64,000 bases of DNA from Clostridiales bacterium. Its GTDB lineage: Bacteria > Bacillota > Clostridia > Christensenellales > Aristaeellaceae. The stretch spans positions 31,561-95,560 of the forward strand of contig SFET01000007.1 in assembly GCA_004557125.1 (NCBI GenBank). Direction: 5' to 3'. Under the pieces are notes generated by a model, which had not been told where the DNA came from, did not search any database, and saw only the letters and a program-made list of their open reading frames with translations. Position numbers and translations under genes: made by a program. This document shows positions 18,159 to 28,252 of this stretch, in pieces (positions within the stretch are counted from its first letter, which is position 1; the number at the start of each line of letters is the position of its first letter).

Positions 18159-19157
18159 TCATTCGCCCAGACGCACCGCCACATCCAGGCCCAGGGGGAG
18201 GTTCGAGGGATCGTCCGGCAGGATCGTCACGCGGTAGCTGCCGTCTCCGGCCACGAAGGAGATGTCCCCGATCACCGCGCCCAGCGCAGTCTCGTCGGGG
18301 TCGTCGCTGCGGGTGTAGGTCGCGGCCTGGCCCGGCGCCAGATGGGCGATCGCATCCTCCGAAACGAGGATTTCGATGCACAGATCCTCCGCTCGGGCGA
18401 TCTCCGCTACGGTCTGACCGGCATCGAGCTGCTGGCCCGGTTCCGCGAGAACGGCGGTGACGATGCCCTCCGCAGAGCTGAGGATCTGCGTGGCGGCGGC
18501 GCTTGACCAGGTCAGCAGCAGTTCGCCGCGCTCCACGGCCTCGCCCTCGGTCACGCACAGCTCCTGAAGGATTCCGTCGATCTCGTAGATTTCGGGATCG
18601 GCGCTCACCACGGTGCCGATGCCCACGCGCGCGCTGCTGGTGAAGTCCGCGTCGCGGTAGAGGTACACGGTTTCGCCGATGTACAGCTCGCCGCCGATGA
18701 TCTCCACCCGGTACTCCGCGCCGTCGATGGCTGTGATCACACCCACGGCCCGGTGGGTGCCGTTGGCGGTGCAGCGCAGGTAGAGCTGCTCGCCGCTGTG
18801 CACCAGCTGCGTTTCAGGGGAGGAGTAGGCGCTCTCCACCGTGCAGTACACCGTGTAGCGGCTGGTGGGCGCGATCTCCAGCACCGCGCCGTCCACGGCG
18901 TCGCCCTCCCGGGCGTGGCACAGGGCGACGGTTCCGTCCTGGGTCGCGAACAGCTTCTGTACAGCAGTGGCGCCCAGCACCTCGCCCGCGGCGACCCGCT
19001 GGCCGGGCAGCAGCGAGAGGGTTTCCAGCGCGCCGCCGGACTCCGCAACCACCGGGACGGTCGATCGGGCCACCGTGGTTCCCGGATAGACCTCGGCAAG
19101 CGCCGGGGCTGTGGCGAGGGCCAGGGCCGCCAGCAGGGTCAGGCTTCGTTTCAGCAT
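18159..19157 (-). CDS. Secreted HlyD-like (barrel-sandwich/lipoyl-type) protein, paralogue of 20380-21654
   Basis: Signal peptide MLKRSLTLLAALALATAPALA. It shares ..HSGE.L.L.C...G.H..VGVITAIDG.EY.VEIIGGE.YIGETVYLYR.. with the 20380 gene. AAAGGAG RBS lies 7 nt before the ATG at 19157. Confidence 0.6.
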   Translation of the reverse strand: MLKRSLTLLAALALATAPALAEVYPGTTVARSTVPVVAESGGALETLSLLPGQRVAAGEVLGATAVQKLFATQDGTVALCHAREGDAVDGAVLEIAPTSRYTVYCTVESAYSSPETQLVHSGEQLYLRCTANGTHRAVGVITAIDGAEYRVEIIGGELYIGETVYLYRDADFTSSARVGIGTVVSADPEIYEIDGILQELCVTEGEAVERGELLLTWSSAAATQILSSAEGIVTAVLAEPGQQLDAGQTVAEIARAEDLCIEILVSEDAIAHLAPGQAATYTRSDDPDETALGAVIGDISFVAGDGSYRVTILPDDPSNLPLGLDVAVRLGE

Positions 19158-19169
19158 AGGCATGCTCCT

Positions 19170-20393
19170 TTAATCTGATGCAAGTTCGCCGCTCCCGGTC
19201 AGGCGGTAGCGCGCGCCGTTCACGGCGATGTACAGCTGCCGAGATTCGACCTCCAGCAGGAAGTCCTTGGCGACGCAGCCCTGGGAACGCAGGGAGGCGT
19301 AGACGCCGCCGCACAGCTCCAGCGCGGTGGACAGCTCGATCCGGTCGCCTTCCAGGACGAGCGACAGGGTTTCAATGCCGCTGCGGTTCAGGGTTTCCAG
19401 CGCGGAGAGATTGATCCCCCAGTGTTCGCCCGACGAAACGGGCTGCAGGTAGAGCATGGAGTCGTTCAGGCTTGCGGTGAAGGCTGCGTCGCCGTCCAGG
19501 GTCAGGTTCAATTCGGTTTCACCCAGCGTGAGGCGGGTCATCTCTGCGTCGGAGGCTTCCAGCGCCACCGTGCCGTAGAGCTGCATGTCCCTGCTGCCGG
19601 ACGCGTGGCTGCTGGTGAGCGCCTGACCGGGGGTGACGCGGAAGCCCTGCTCCACTTCGCCCTCCGTGCCCACGCCGCCGGAGCCGCGACTGCCGCCGCC
19701 AAAGCCGCCGCCCGAGGGCCTGCCGCCGCCGGGATTGCCCTGGACGAGGGTGAAGCGAAGCTCCTCGCAGGCCAGAGAGGTCTCGCCGGAGCGCACCTCC
19801 ACCCGAAGGGTGCAGGTGCCCTGGGCATAGTCCTGGGGATTGAGTTCGATGCGGCCTTCGGTTGTGCCCTGGGAGAGCAGCACCTCGCCCTGTTCGTCCG
19901 AGACCGTCACCTGCGCGCCATCGGCCTCTGCGGGCATCGTCCAGACGAAGGTCAGCTTCCCGTCGGGGCTGTTGATGGAAATCTGCCACACGCCGCCCAC
20001 CAGCTGCGCGTCGCCCTCCGGCAGCAGATTCAGGGTAGTTGCCGGCGCGGGTGTGTCGCTGGGTGCGGGTGTGTCGCTGGGCACGGGTGTGTCGCTGGGC
20101 ACGGGGGTGTCGCTGGGTGCGGGCGTGTCGCTGGGTACGGGGGTGTCGCTGGGCACGGGGGTGTCGCTGGGCACGGGGGTGTCGGTGGGTGCGGGTGTGT
20201 CGCTGGGTGCGGGGGTGTCGATCGGTGCGGGGGTATCGTTGGCGCCTGCTTCGGGGCTTTCAGGAGCCTGCGCGGCGGTCGGATTGGCCGACGTGGGGGG
20301 CGCTTCGGAAACCACAGGCTCCTCGGCCAGCGATGCGCCCAGCAGCATCAGCGCCGCCAGCAGGGCGCAGAGCCCGCGCTTATTCCTTGACAT
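19170..20393 (-). CDS. Secreted protein with a (D-T-P-[AV]-P-[STI])n linker and Gly-rich segment, unknown function
   Basis: Start at MSRNKRGLCALLAALMLLGASLA (signal peptide). 11 hexapeptide repeats. GGGRPSGGGFGGGSRGSGG tract. Beta-rich C-terminal region. No family recognised. Confidence 0.6.
   Translation of the reverse strand: MSRNKRGLCALLAALMLLGASLAEEPVVSEAPPTSANPTAAQAPESPEAGANDTPAPIDTPAPSDTPAPTDTPVPSDTPVPSDTPVPSDTPAPSDTPVPSDTPVPSDTPAPSDTPAPATTLNLLPEGDAQLVGGVWQISINSPDGKLTFVWTMPAEADGAQVTVSDEQGEVLLSQGTTEGRIELNPQDYAQGTCTLRVEVRSGETSLACEELRFTLVQGNPGGGRPSGGGFGGGSRGSGGVGTEGEVEQGFRVTPGQALTSSHASGSRDMQLYGTVALEASDAEMTRLTLGETELNLTLDGDAAFTASLNDSMLYLQPVSSGEHWGINLSALETLNRSGIETLSLVLEGDRIELSTALELCGGVYASLRSQGCVAKDFLLEVESRQLYIAVNGARYRLTGSGELASD
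20049..20238 (-). repeat. 18-bp in-frame tandem repeat (about 11 copies) encoding the DTPxPS units
   Basis: Plus-strand unit gtgtcgctggg[tc][ga]cggg[tgc]g is repeated head-to-tail with point variants. Confidence 0.9.
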
Positions 20394-21654
20394 GTCCGCT
20401 GCCTCCGTCCATCGGGCCGCCGAAGGCCGCCAGCGCATCCGGCATGCCCTCGCCGTCGGACGCAAACTCCCGGTCAAAGCCGCCCTTTCCCTCGGGTGCG
20501 GCTTCCTCCCCGGCGAGAGTCTCATCCTCGATTTCTTCCTCCCCGATGATCTCCTCATCCAGCGTGGAGACGATGACGCTCATGCCGTAGCGGGTGTCTG
20601 CGTCGGGGGTGAAGTCCACGTACACGGTGTAGGTGACTTCATCGGAGGACTCCATGCCGTCGCCGGAGCCGCTGCCCGAGCTGCTGTCGGCGATGGCGGA
20701 GATCATGGCGATGGTGCCGGTGTAGCGCACCTCCGCGTCGCTGTTCCAGTTGAGCTCGATCTCCACCGGGTCGCCCACCTGAACAAAGCCCAGGTTGGCC
20801 TCGGAGATCTGCGCCTGAATCTGCATGGCACCCTCGGGGTAGAGCACCGCCGCGACGCTGCCCTTCTCCAGCCTGTCGCCCTGCGTAAGGTTGACCTGGG
20901 CCAGAACGCCGTCGGCGGAGGCGAGGATGTCCGTGCCGCTCATGTACAGGCCGTCGAAGCTGCCCTCCAGGGTCTCGAACAGCAGATCGCCTCTCTGTAC
21001 GGTATCGCCATCCTGCACGGCGAGGGAGACGATGCTGCCGCTGGCGGTGACGGCGGTGGGATTCTTCCGATTCAGGGCGCCGCGGCCGATGCGGGCGGTG
21101 CTGGTCGCGGTCTCGCCGCGGTAGACGTTCACGGTCTCGCCGATCAGGAATTCGCCGGAGATGACCTCCACGGTGTAGTCGGTGCCCTCGATGGCGGTGA
21201 TCACGCCGGTTCCGCTGTGGCTGCCGTCGGAGTAGCAGCTGAGCAGCACCTCCTCGCCCACGTGGACGAACTTGTTTGCGGTGGTGTTGTAGGCGTTGTC
21301 GGTGGAGGCGGAGATGGTGTAGACGCTTTCGCCCTCGATGTACATCACCGCGCCGTAGCGCTCTGCGACGGTCTCGGCACTGTCGCCGATCTGGGCAAAC
21401 AGGCCGGTGATCACGCCGCCCTCCTCGGCGTAGACCTTGGTGGTCGCCAGGGTGGCCAGCACGTCGCCCGCGCGCACCTGCTGGCCCGCCACGACGCTGA
21501 CGCTCCCCACCGTGCCGCCGATGGGCGCGTAGATTTCGCTGGTGGACTTCGCCGCCACGGTTCCCGTGAAGCTGATGGTCTCCGCCAGCGCAGCCGGGGT
21601 CAGCAGCGCGCAGGCCAGCGCGCCGGTGAGGATGCGTTTGCTCAGGTTCTTCAT
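20380..21654 (-). CDS. Secreted HlyD-like protein with an acidic C-terminal tail
   Basis: GAGGAGG RBS 9 nt before the ATG. Signal peptide MKNLSKRILTGALACALLTPAALA. Lipoyl-like ..GDVLATL.., ..RGDLLFE... Tail rich in D/E/G. Confidence 0.65.
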   Translation of the reverse strand: MKNLSKRILTGALACALLTPAALAETISFTGTVAAKSTSEIYAPIGGTVGSVSVVAGQQVRAGDVLATLATTKVYAEEGGVITGLFAQIGDSAETVAERYGAVMYIEGESVYTISASTDNAYNTTANKFVHVGEEVLLSCYSDGSHSGTGVITAIEGTDYTVEVISGEFLIGETVNVYRGETATSTARIGRGALNRKNPTAVTASGSIVSLAVQDGDTVQRGDLLFETLEGSFDGLYMSGTDILASADGVLAQVNLTQGDRLEKGSVAAVLYPEGAMQIQAQISEANLGFVQVGDPVEIELNWNSDAEVRYTGTIAMISAIADSSSGSGSGDGMESSDEVTYTVYVDFTPDADTRYGMSVIVSTLDEEIIGEEEIEDETLAGEEAAPEGKGGFDREFASDGEGMPDALAAFGGPMDGGSGHVKE

Positions 21655-21679
21655 GTATGTGTACCTCCTCATAATATGT

Positions 21680-22883
21680 TTATACGGATCGAAGCGCGTC
21701 GATGGGGTTCAGGCGGCTTGCCTTGCGCGCCGGGGCCCAGCCAAACAGCACGCCCACGGCGGCGGAAAAGCCCACGCCCAGCGCGATCGCGCCCACGGAG
21801 AGCACGAACTGGGCGCTCATCGCCCTGCACATGGCGAAGGACAGGATCAGTCCCAGCGCCACGCCCGCCAGTCCGCCGATCAGCGACAGCAGGAAGGACT
21901 CCATCAGAAATTGCAGCTGAATCTGCCAGGGCAGTGCGCCCAGGGCCTTCTTCAGGCCGATCTCGGTGGTGCGCTCGGTGACGGAGGTGAGCATCATGTT
22001 CATGATGCCGATGCCGCCCACCACCAGCGCGATGGATGCGATGCCCGCCAGCAGCGCGGTCATCATGGAGAGCATCTCCTCCATGGTGTCCTCAATGCCG
22101 GACATGGTGGTCACGGTGAAGCAGTCCTCCTCGTAGCTGAACATGGCGTCCATGCTGGCCTCGATGCTGCTTGCGGCGGCTTCGCTGTCCACGCCGTCGG
22201 CGAGGTAGACGGTGAAGCTGGTCACGTCGCTGGTGTTGTTCATCTTCAGCGCGGTGGAGTAGGGGATGAGGATGTCGGCGCTGCCGGACATCAGGCTGGC
22301 CACGCTGGCGTCGCCGTCCTCGCTGAGCAGCCCCGCCACCAGGAAGGGCACGCCGTTGATGTACAGCGTCTCGCCGATGGGGTCCACGCCGTAGAAGAAG
22401 CTCTCCACCATGTCGGAGCTGATCCAGCAGACGAAGGACATCTGGTTTTCGTCGATGATGTTCAGCGCGCGGCCGCGCTCGAGCAGCGCATCGTTGGTGC
22501 GGAAGTAGTAGGCGTTCTTGCCGGACACGGAGATGTTCGTCTCGTAGCTGCCGCCCCGGGAGACGCGCGCGCTGAGGGAGACGCTGGGGGTCAGGCCGTC
22601 CACCTCGTCCATGGAGGAAAGCTCGGTCAGATCATCGGCGGTCATACCGGACTTCAGATCGCTGCCCGTGATGCTGACCATCAGCGTGCCCGCGCCCATG
22701 GAGCTGAAGGACGAGGTCAGGGAGCCGGACACGCCGGAGACGGTGGTGATCAGCGCGATGACCGCCGTCACGCCGATCAGGATGCCCAGCACCGTCAGGA
22801 ACGAGCGCACGCGGTTGGAGCGGATGTTGCTCAGCGACATGCGCACGCACTCCCGGATCATCACAAAGCTGCTGCGGATGGAT

Positions 22884-22891
<8 letters not shown>
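21680..22891 (-). CDS. ABC transporter permease, FtsX/MacB type
   Basis: N-terminal TM, large extracytoplasmic domain, C-terminal FtsX 3-TM bundle (..EIGLKKALGA....I..QFL.ES..). Confidence 0.85.
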
Positions 22892-23671
<780 letters not shown>

Positions 23672-23675
<4 letters not shown>

Positions 23676-24706
23676 GGATTGCCGCCCCCCGAATCGTTGC
23701 GTTCGGGCTTGGAGCCCATGTCGCCACTGAAGCTGCCGCCGAAGTCACCGGAGCCGCCGCGGCCCATGCCGCCGCCCGCCTGGGGCGCGTTCATCTGCTG
23801 GCTGCCGAAGAGCCCGGAGAGCAGGCCGCTCAGACCGCTGGCCGCTGCCTCGGCCTTGGCCTCCACGTACACCTCGTCGCCCTCGTTAACGCCACTGACG
23901 ATCTCCACGTAGTTGCCGTTGCTCACGCCGACCTCAACGGGTACCTCCTCCAGCTCGCCCGCGTCGTTGTACATGTACACGTAGGCGCTGTTGGTCTCGT
24001 CGAAGCTCAGCGCGTCCATCTTCAGGATGACCACGTTCTCGGCCTCCTCCTGGGGGATGGTCACGGTGGTCTGCATGCCGGGGTACACGCCCTCGTCCAC
24101 GTCCACGTAGGCCACGGCGGTGTAGTAGGCCACCGAGCCGCCGGCGGTGGAGATGTAGTCGATGGAGGCGATCTCGGATTCAAACTTCTGCTCGGTGGCG
24201 GTGACGGTCACGCTGCAGGCCTGGCCCACAGCCACGTCGGCGATGTCGTACTCATCCACCCGGAAGGAAACCTTCAGGTGGGTGAAGTCGGCCACCTGCA
24301 CCAGTGCGTCGCCGCTTGCGACCTCGTCGCCCTCCTTTACGCTCAGGCTGTTGACGCGGCCGTCGAACTCTGCCTTCACGGTGTCGCCGTTGGAGAGGCG
24401 AATCAGATTGTCACCCTCCGAAACGTCCTGACCGGCCTCCACATAGACCTTGCGCACGGTGGTGGACGCGCCGGAGGTGTAGCTGGCGCTGTCGATCAGC
24501 TGCAGGCTGCCGCTGAAGCTCAGCGAATTGGAGATGCTGCCGATGGAGGCGGTGTAGCCGTCGTAGGTCACGCTGTACTCCTGCTTGAGCATGCCGTAGC
24601 CGTACCAGCCGACACCGGCCAGGATCGTCAGGACGACGATGAGCGTCACGATTTTGCGCACGATGCGCCTGCGCCGGCGGTTTTTGCGAATGGGTTTGTC
24701 GTTCAT
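23672..24706 (-). CDS. Membrane-anchored HlyD-family periplasmic-adaptor-like protein
   Basis: N-terminal Arg-rich segment plus TM (IVTLIVVLTILAGVGWYGY). Lipoyl/beta-barrel blocks (..EGDNLIRL.., ..SGDALVQV..). Gly-rich tail. First gene of the operon. Confidence 0.8.
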
Positions 24707-24891
24707 GCGTATTTATCTCCCTGATTTGATACTTCGCATGCCCTGCGATGGAAGAATTATACGTTTCGTAGCTTAGCCGAGGCTTAGAAAACCGATGAAT
24801 GGACTGTGAACAAATGGAAGAATTCGTGAATTCGCGGGCAAAAGAAACAGCCCCGGAGCACATCGCTTCGGGGACGTTCGGGATTGCATTT

Positions 24892-25554
24892 TCAGCCCTC
24901 GTGGGGATAGAGCTTGAACAGAAAGGCGTCCACGGGGCCGGTGAGGAAGCTGTGCCGACCCATGGCGACGGATCGCAGCAGCGGTAGCGTCGCAAGCGTG
25001 CCGAGCATGCACACCAGCATGTCCTGCATGGTGTCGCCCACGCCGGTGTCGATCGCATGCTGCACATCCCGGCCGGTGAGGAGGGAGATCGCATATTCGC
25101 CCAGCTCCCACAGCCCCGCTACCGCCATGGAGCCGAAGAAGGTGAACAGGATTGCCAGAGGGAGATCCTGCTTTTCAATCCTGTGCCCCGGCTTCAGCGC
25201 GCAGTACAGCAGGATGCACAGCAGGCTCACGAACGCGCCGGAGAGCATGTGCACCAGCTTGTCGTAGCCGGGAAAGCGGGCGTAGAAATCCAGGCAGGAG
25301 CCAAGCGGGTACGCCAACAGCGTGAAGGCCAGGACCAGGAAGTCCAGCTGATGGATCCGCGGCAGATGAAACAGGCGGTAGAGCAGCGCCAGGCCCAGGG
25401 GGATGGCCAGCGTGCCCAGGGAGATGCCCAGGTGATAGCCGTCGCGCCGGACGGCGTAGACCGCGATCATGGCGGCGCTCAGCAGGTAATACAGCGCAAA
25501 AAGGATGCGGTTGATGCGCCCGCAGCGCGCTTCGATGCGCTCGATCCGGTTCAT
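24892..25554 (-). CDS. Polytopic membrane protein (possibly YjdF/DUF2238-like)
   Basis: 5-6 hydrophobic helices. ..YDKLVHMLSGAF.. and ..WELGEY.. resemble DUF2238 from memory only. Confidence 0.45.
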   Translation of the reverse strand: MNRIERIEARCGRINRILFALYYLLSAAMIAVYAVRRDGYHLGISLGTLAIPLGLALLYRLFHLPRIHQLDFLVLAFTLLAYPLGSCLDFYARFPGYDKLVHMLSGAFVSLLCILLYCALKPGHRIEKQDLPLAILFTFFGSMAVAGLWELGEYAISLLTGRDVQHAIDTGVGDTMQDMLVCMLGTLATLPLLRSVAMGRHSFLTGPVDAFLFKLYPHEG

Positions 25555-25626
25555 ATGATGCCCCACCTTCCGTCGTGTTCACGGATAAATGTAGCATTTC
25601 CGAATCAAGCCTGTGTCAATTCATCC

Positions 25627-26799
25627 TCAACGATTGTTGATGGAAATTTCCGCGTTGATCTCCTCGGACGAGGAATAGACGGTGAGCGCCCCGTCCGTCA
25701 GCTGCACCCAGGAGACGCTCTCCCCGAAGCAGCTGGGGCAGGGCAGCTTGCCGTCAGCATTGGCGGTGGCGATGCTGTGGGCCGAGGCGTTCTGCATGCC
25801 GGAGCAGTCCTCGGCCAGGTGGTAGTACACACTGCCCGGGGTGTAGTAGACCACGCCGACCCCATCTTCAGCCTCCGTCACGGCAGCGCTCTCGTAGAGG
25901 GTCAGCGGGTTCCAGGCGCAGTCCGAGCAGGCACCGTAGCCCTCCACCAGCGCCTGTTCCATGGTCAGCGCGCGGTCAAGGCTCTGTCCGCCGCAGTCGG
26001 GCACGCTGTGATAGTCGCTGCCCGGCGCGTCGTAACTTGCGTAGACGATGGAGGCCAGCGCCGCCGGCAGGAAGCAGTCGGTGCAGGGGCTCTTGCCCAG
26101 GGAGCGCGCCTCGGCGATGCTCATGAGGTTTGCGTTCTGCATGCCGGAGCAGTCGGACTCCTTGTGGAAGCAGACCCCGCCCTCCGTGCAGAACACCCAA
26201 CTTTCGACGCAGATGGGGCAGGCCTTCTTGCCCAGGGTCGCCGCCTTCTCCCTGGTCATGAGGGATGCGCCCTGCATGCCGGAGCAGTCTGCCTCGTTGT
26301 GATAGTAGTACCCACTCTGCGTGCAGTACACCACGCTTCCGATGCAGGCGGGACAGGCGGTCTTGCCCATGGCCTCGGCCTTCTCGATGGTCATGTGGGT
26401 CGCACCCTCCATGCCAGAGCAGTCGGGCTGACTGTGGTAGTATTTGCCGCCCTCCGTGCAGTAGACGGAGGCCTCGTCGTTCACGGGCGCGGGGGTGTCC
26501 GTGGGCTCAGGCGTGACTGTCGCGGTGGGTTCGGCTGTGACCGTCGCGCTGGGGGCGGGGGTCGGGGTCACGTTGGTTTGGCTCAGGGGGAGCAGGTCGG
26601 GCTTGGGCTGGTTCATGCGGCCCATGGAGAACAGCGCCGCGCCCAGCAGGATCACCAGCGCCGCGGCCACGGACAGCATGCCGGCCACCCTGCGCCGCCG
26701 CGCCGACAGTCGCGCGCCCCGAAGGAAGCCCAGGCGGATGGCCTCGCCCACGCAGTCGGGGGTCTGCGGGAAGGCCCGGTCGAAATCGATCCTGTTCAT
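25627..26799 (-). CDS. Putative anti-sigma factor: short cytoplasmic N-terminus, one TM, Pro/Thr linker, five H-x4-C-x21-C-x2-C modules
   Basis: ATGA-coupled to the ECF sigma gene. TM is MLSVAAALVILLGAALF. Five modules such as YYHSQPDCSGMEGATHMTIEKAEAMGKTACPAC. Confidence 0.6.
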   Translation of the reverse strand: MNRIDFDRAFPQTPDCVGEAIRLGFLRGARLSARRRRVAGMLSVAAALVILLGAALFSMGRMNQPKPDLLPLSQTNVTPTPAPSATVTAEPTATVTPEPTDTPAPVNDEASVYCTEGGKYYHSQPDCSGMEGATHMTIEKAEAMGKTACPACIGSVVYCTQSGYYYHNEADCSGMQGASLMTREKAATLGKKACPICVESWVFCTEGGVCFHKESDCSGMQNANLMSIAEARSLGKSPCTDCFLPAALASIVYASYDAPGSDYHSVPDCGGQSLDRALTMEQALVEGYGACSDCAWNPLTLYESAAVTEAEDGVGVVYYTPGSVYYHLAEDCSGMQNASAHSIATANADGKLPCPSCFGESVSWVQLTDGALTVYSSSEEINAEISINNR

Positions 26800-27278
26800 G
26801 CTTGTTCATCTCCCGCGTTGAGGATTTTGCGCAGGCTGTTTCGGGCCTGGTGCAGCCGGGACTTGACCAGGGAATAGGGGATGTCCAGAATCCGGCCCAC
26901 GTCGCGCAGGTCGTAGCCCTCCAGATAGCGCAGCAGCAGCGGCATGCGGTACTTCTCCGGCATGCTTTCAAGCGCCTCGCGCAGCTGCAGATCCTCGGTC
27001 ATGGAATCCTGCTGCGACGGGCTGACCTGCTCGTCCAGCGGAGACAGCCGCAGCTTCTGCTTCCGCTGCAAATTGCGGCACTCGTTGACCAGGATGCGCG
27101 CAAGCCAGGCCTCGAAACGCGCCTCCTCCTTCAGGGAGCCGCGCTTCATCCAGCCCTTGAACACCGCCTCCTGAATGGCGTCGGCACAGTCGGCGTCATT
27201 CCACAGCACGGCGCGGGCGATGCGGTAGAGCTTGCGCTCCATCGCCTGCACCCGTGCCATGTACTCCTGGTCGCTCAT
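26796..27278 (-). CDS. ECF-type sigma-70 family RNA polymerase sigma factor
   Basis: Region 2 (..DAIQEAVFKGW..) and region 4 (..LPEKYRMPLLLRYLEGYDLRDVGRILDIPYSLVKSRLHQAR..). AGGTG RBS before the ATG at 27278. Confidence 0.88.
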   Translation of the reverse strand: MSDQEYMARVQAMERKLYRIARAVLWNDADCADAIQEAVFKGWMKRGSLKEEARFEAWLARILVNECRNLQRKQKLRLSPLDEQVSPSQQDSMTEDLQLREALESMPEKYRMPLLLRYLEGYDLRDVGRILDIPYSLVKSRLHQARNSLRKILNAGDEQA

Positions 27279-27344
27279 GGTAACACCTGCATTCGTCTTT
27301 GCTGGAGCGCGCACCCTCGCGCGCTCCGCCGGGTTATCGCTGCA

Positions 27345-28100
27345 CTATTGGATGCACACGGGGCAGGCTTCCTTCCCCGCGCGGATTGCGTCCTCGGCGA
27401 ACACGGGAGATGCGTTCTCCATGCCCTGACAGTGGGCGTCGCTGTGATAGTATTTGCCCTTCGCGGTGGCGTAGCAGGTCGCCGCGATGCACACGGGGCA
27501 GGGCTCCTTCCCCGCAAGCACCGCATCCTCCGCGAACACCGGGACAGCGTTCTGCATGCCCTGACAGTGGGAATCGCTGTGGTAGTACCTGCCCTTCTCG
27601 GTGGCGTAGCAGGTCGCCGCGACGCATACCGGGCAGGCCTCCTTGCCCGCGAGGATCGCGTCCTCCGCAGTCACGGGAGAGGCGTTCTGCATGCCGCAGC
27701 AGTCGGAAATGCGGTGGAAGTACTTGCCCCGGGGCGTGGCGTAGTACGCGCCCTCGACGCACACGGGACAGGCAGCCTTTCCCCGTGCGGTCGCCTGCGC
27801 TTCCGTCAGCAGGGAGGCGTTCTGCATGCCCTGACACTGTTTGTCGAGGTGGTAGTATTTGCCCTGCTCGGTGGCGTAGACGCACCCCGCGATGCACAGC
27901 GGGCAGGGGGTCTTGCCGGAGAGCAGCATCTCCTCCTCGGTCATGGGGGATGCGTTCTGCATGCCGGAGCACTGTTTGTCGAGGTGGTAGTAGTTCCCCT
28001 CGGAGGTGGCGTAGAAGGTCTCGGCAGATGCGCATACGGGCAGCAGCATGCACAGAAGCAGCAGGACGCTGCAAGGAACTGCAATGAAAATCCGTTTCAT
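27345..28100 (-). CDS. Secreted protein made only of a signal peptide plus five 45-aa H-x4-C-x21-C-x2-C modules
   Basis: AGGAGGAAAG RBS. Signal peptide MKRIFIAVPCSVLLLLCMLLPVCASA. Five copies of YAT..G.YYH....C.GMQNA......A...GK..CP.C. Confidence 0.8.
   Translation of the reverse strand: MKRIFIAVPCSVLLLLCMLLPVCASAETFYATSEGNYYHLDKQCSGMQNASPMTEEEMLLSGKTPCPLCIAGCVYATEQGKYYHLDKQCQGMQNASLLTEAQATARGKAACPVCVEGAYYATPRGKYFHRISDCCGMQNASPVTAEDAILAGKEACPVCVAATCYATEKGRYYHSDSHCQGMQNAVPVFAEDAVLAGKEPCPVCIAATCYATAKGKYYHSDAHCQGMENASPVFAEDAIRAGKEACPVCIQ
27348..28013 (-). repeat. About 135-bp tandem DNA repeats (5 copies) encoding the Cys/His modules
   Basis: For example, the 27411-27530 and 27541-27660 units align with only scattered substitutions (gttctccatgccctgacagtgggcgtcgctg.. 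versus gttctgcatgccctgacagtgggaatcgctg..). Confidence 0.85.
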
Positions 28101-28153
28101 AAATCTTTCCTCCTGATCGGATGAATCATCTCAAGCATGCTTTCATCTATATA

Positions 28154-28179
28154 GACGAAGGGAAGTGCAGTTTGGTTGA
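28154..28179 (-). promoter_or_regulatory. Candidate ECF-type promoter for the Cys-module/sigma/anti-sigma operon
   Basis: Minus strand reads TCAAC-N17-CGTC (CAAC at 28178-28175, CGTC at 28157-28154), about 55 nt upstream of the start codon at 28100. Confidence 0.4.
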
Positions 28180-28226
28180 ATCTGCGGCAAAAAATATTGT
28201 TTTTTATGGATGCGGAGGAGCACGGC

Positions 28227-28252
28227 TGAACTTTTTCCGATTTCTGACCGTC
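28227..28252 (+). promoter_or_regulatory. Candidate ECF-type promoter for the MotA/MotB-like operon
   Basis: Plus strand reads TGAAC-N17-CGTC (28227-28231 and 28249-28252), about 125 nt upstream of the ATG at 28379. Confidence 0.4.

Noticed and set aside
20049-20238. Possible CRISPR array suggested by short regular repeats
   Set aside because: The units are contiguous 18-bp repeats with no spacers. They are in frame inside a CDS (DTPxPS linker). No cas genes are present anywhere in the window.
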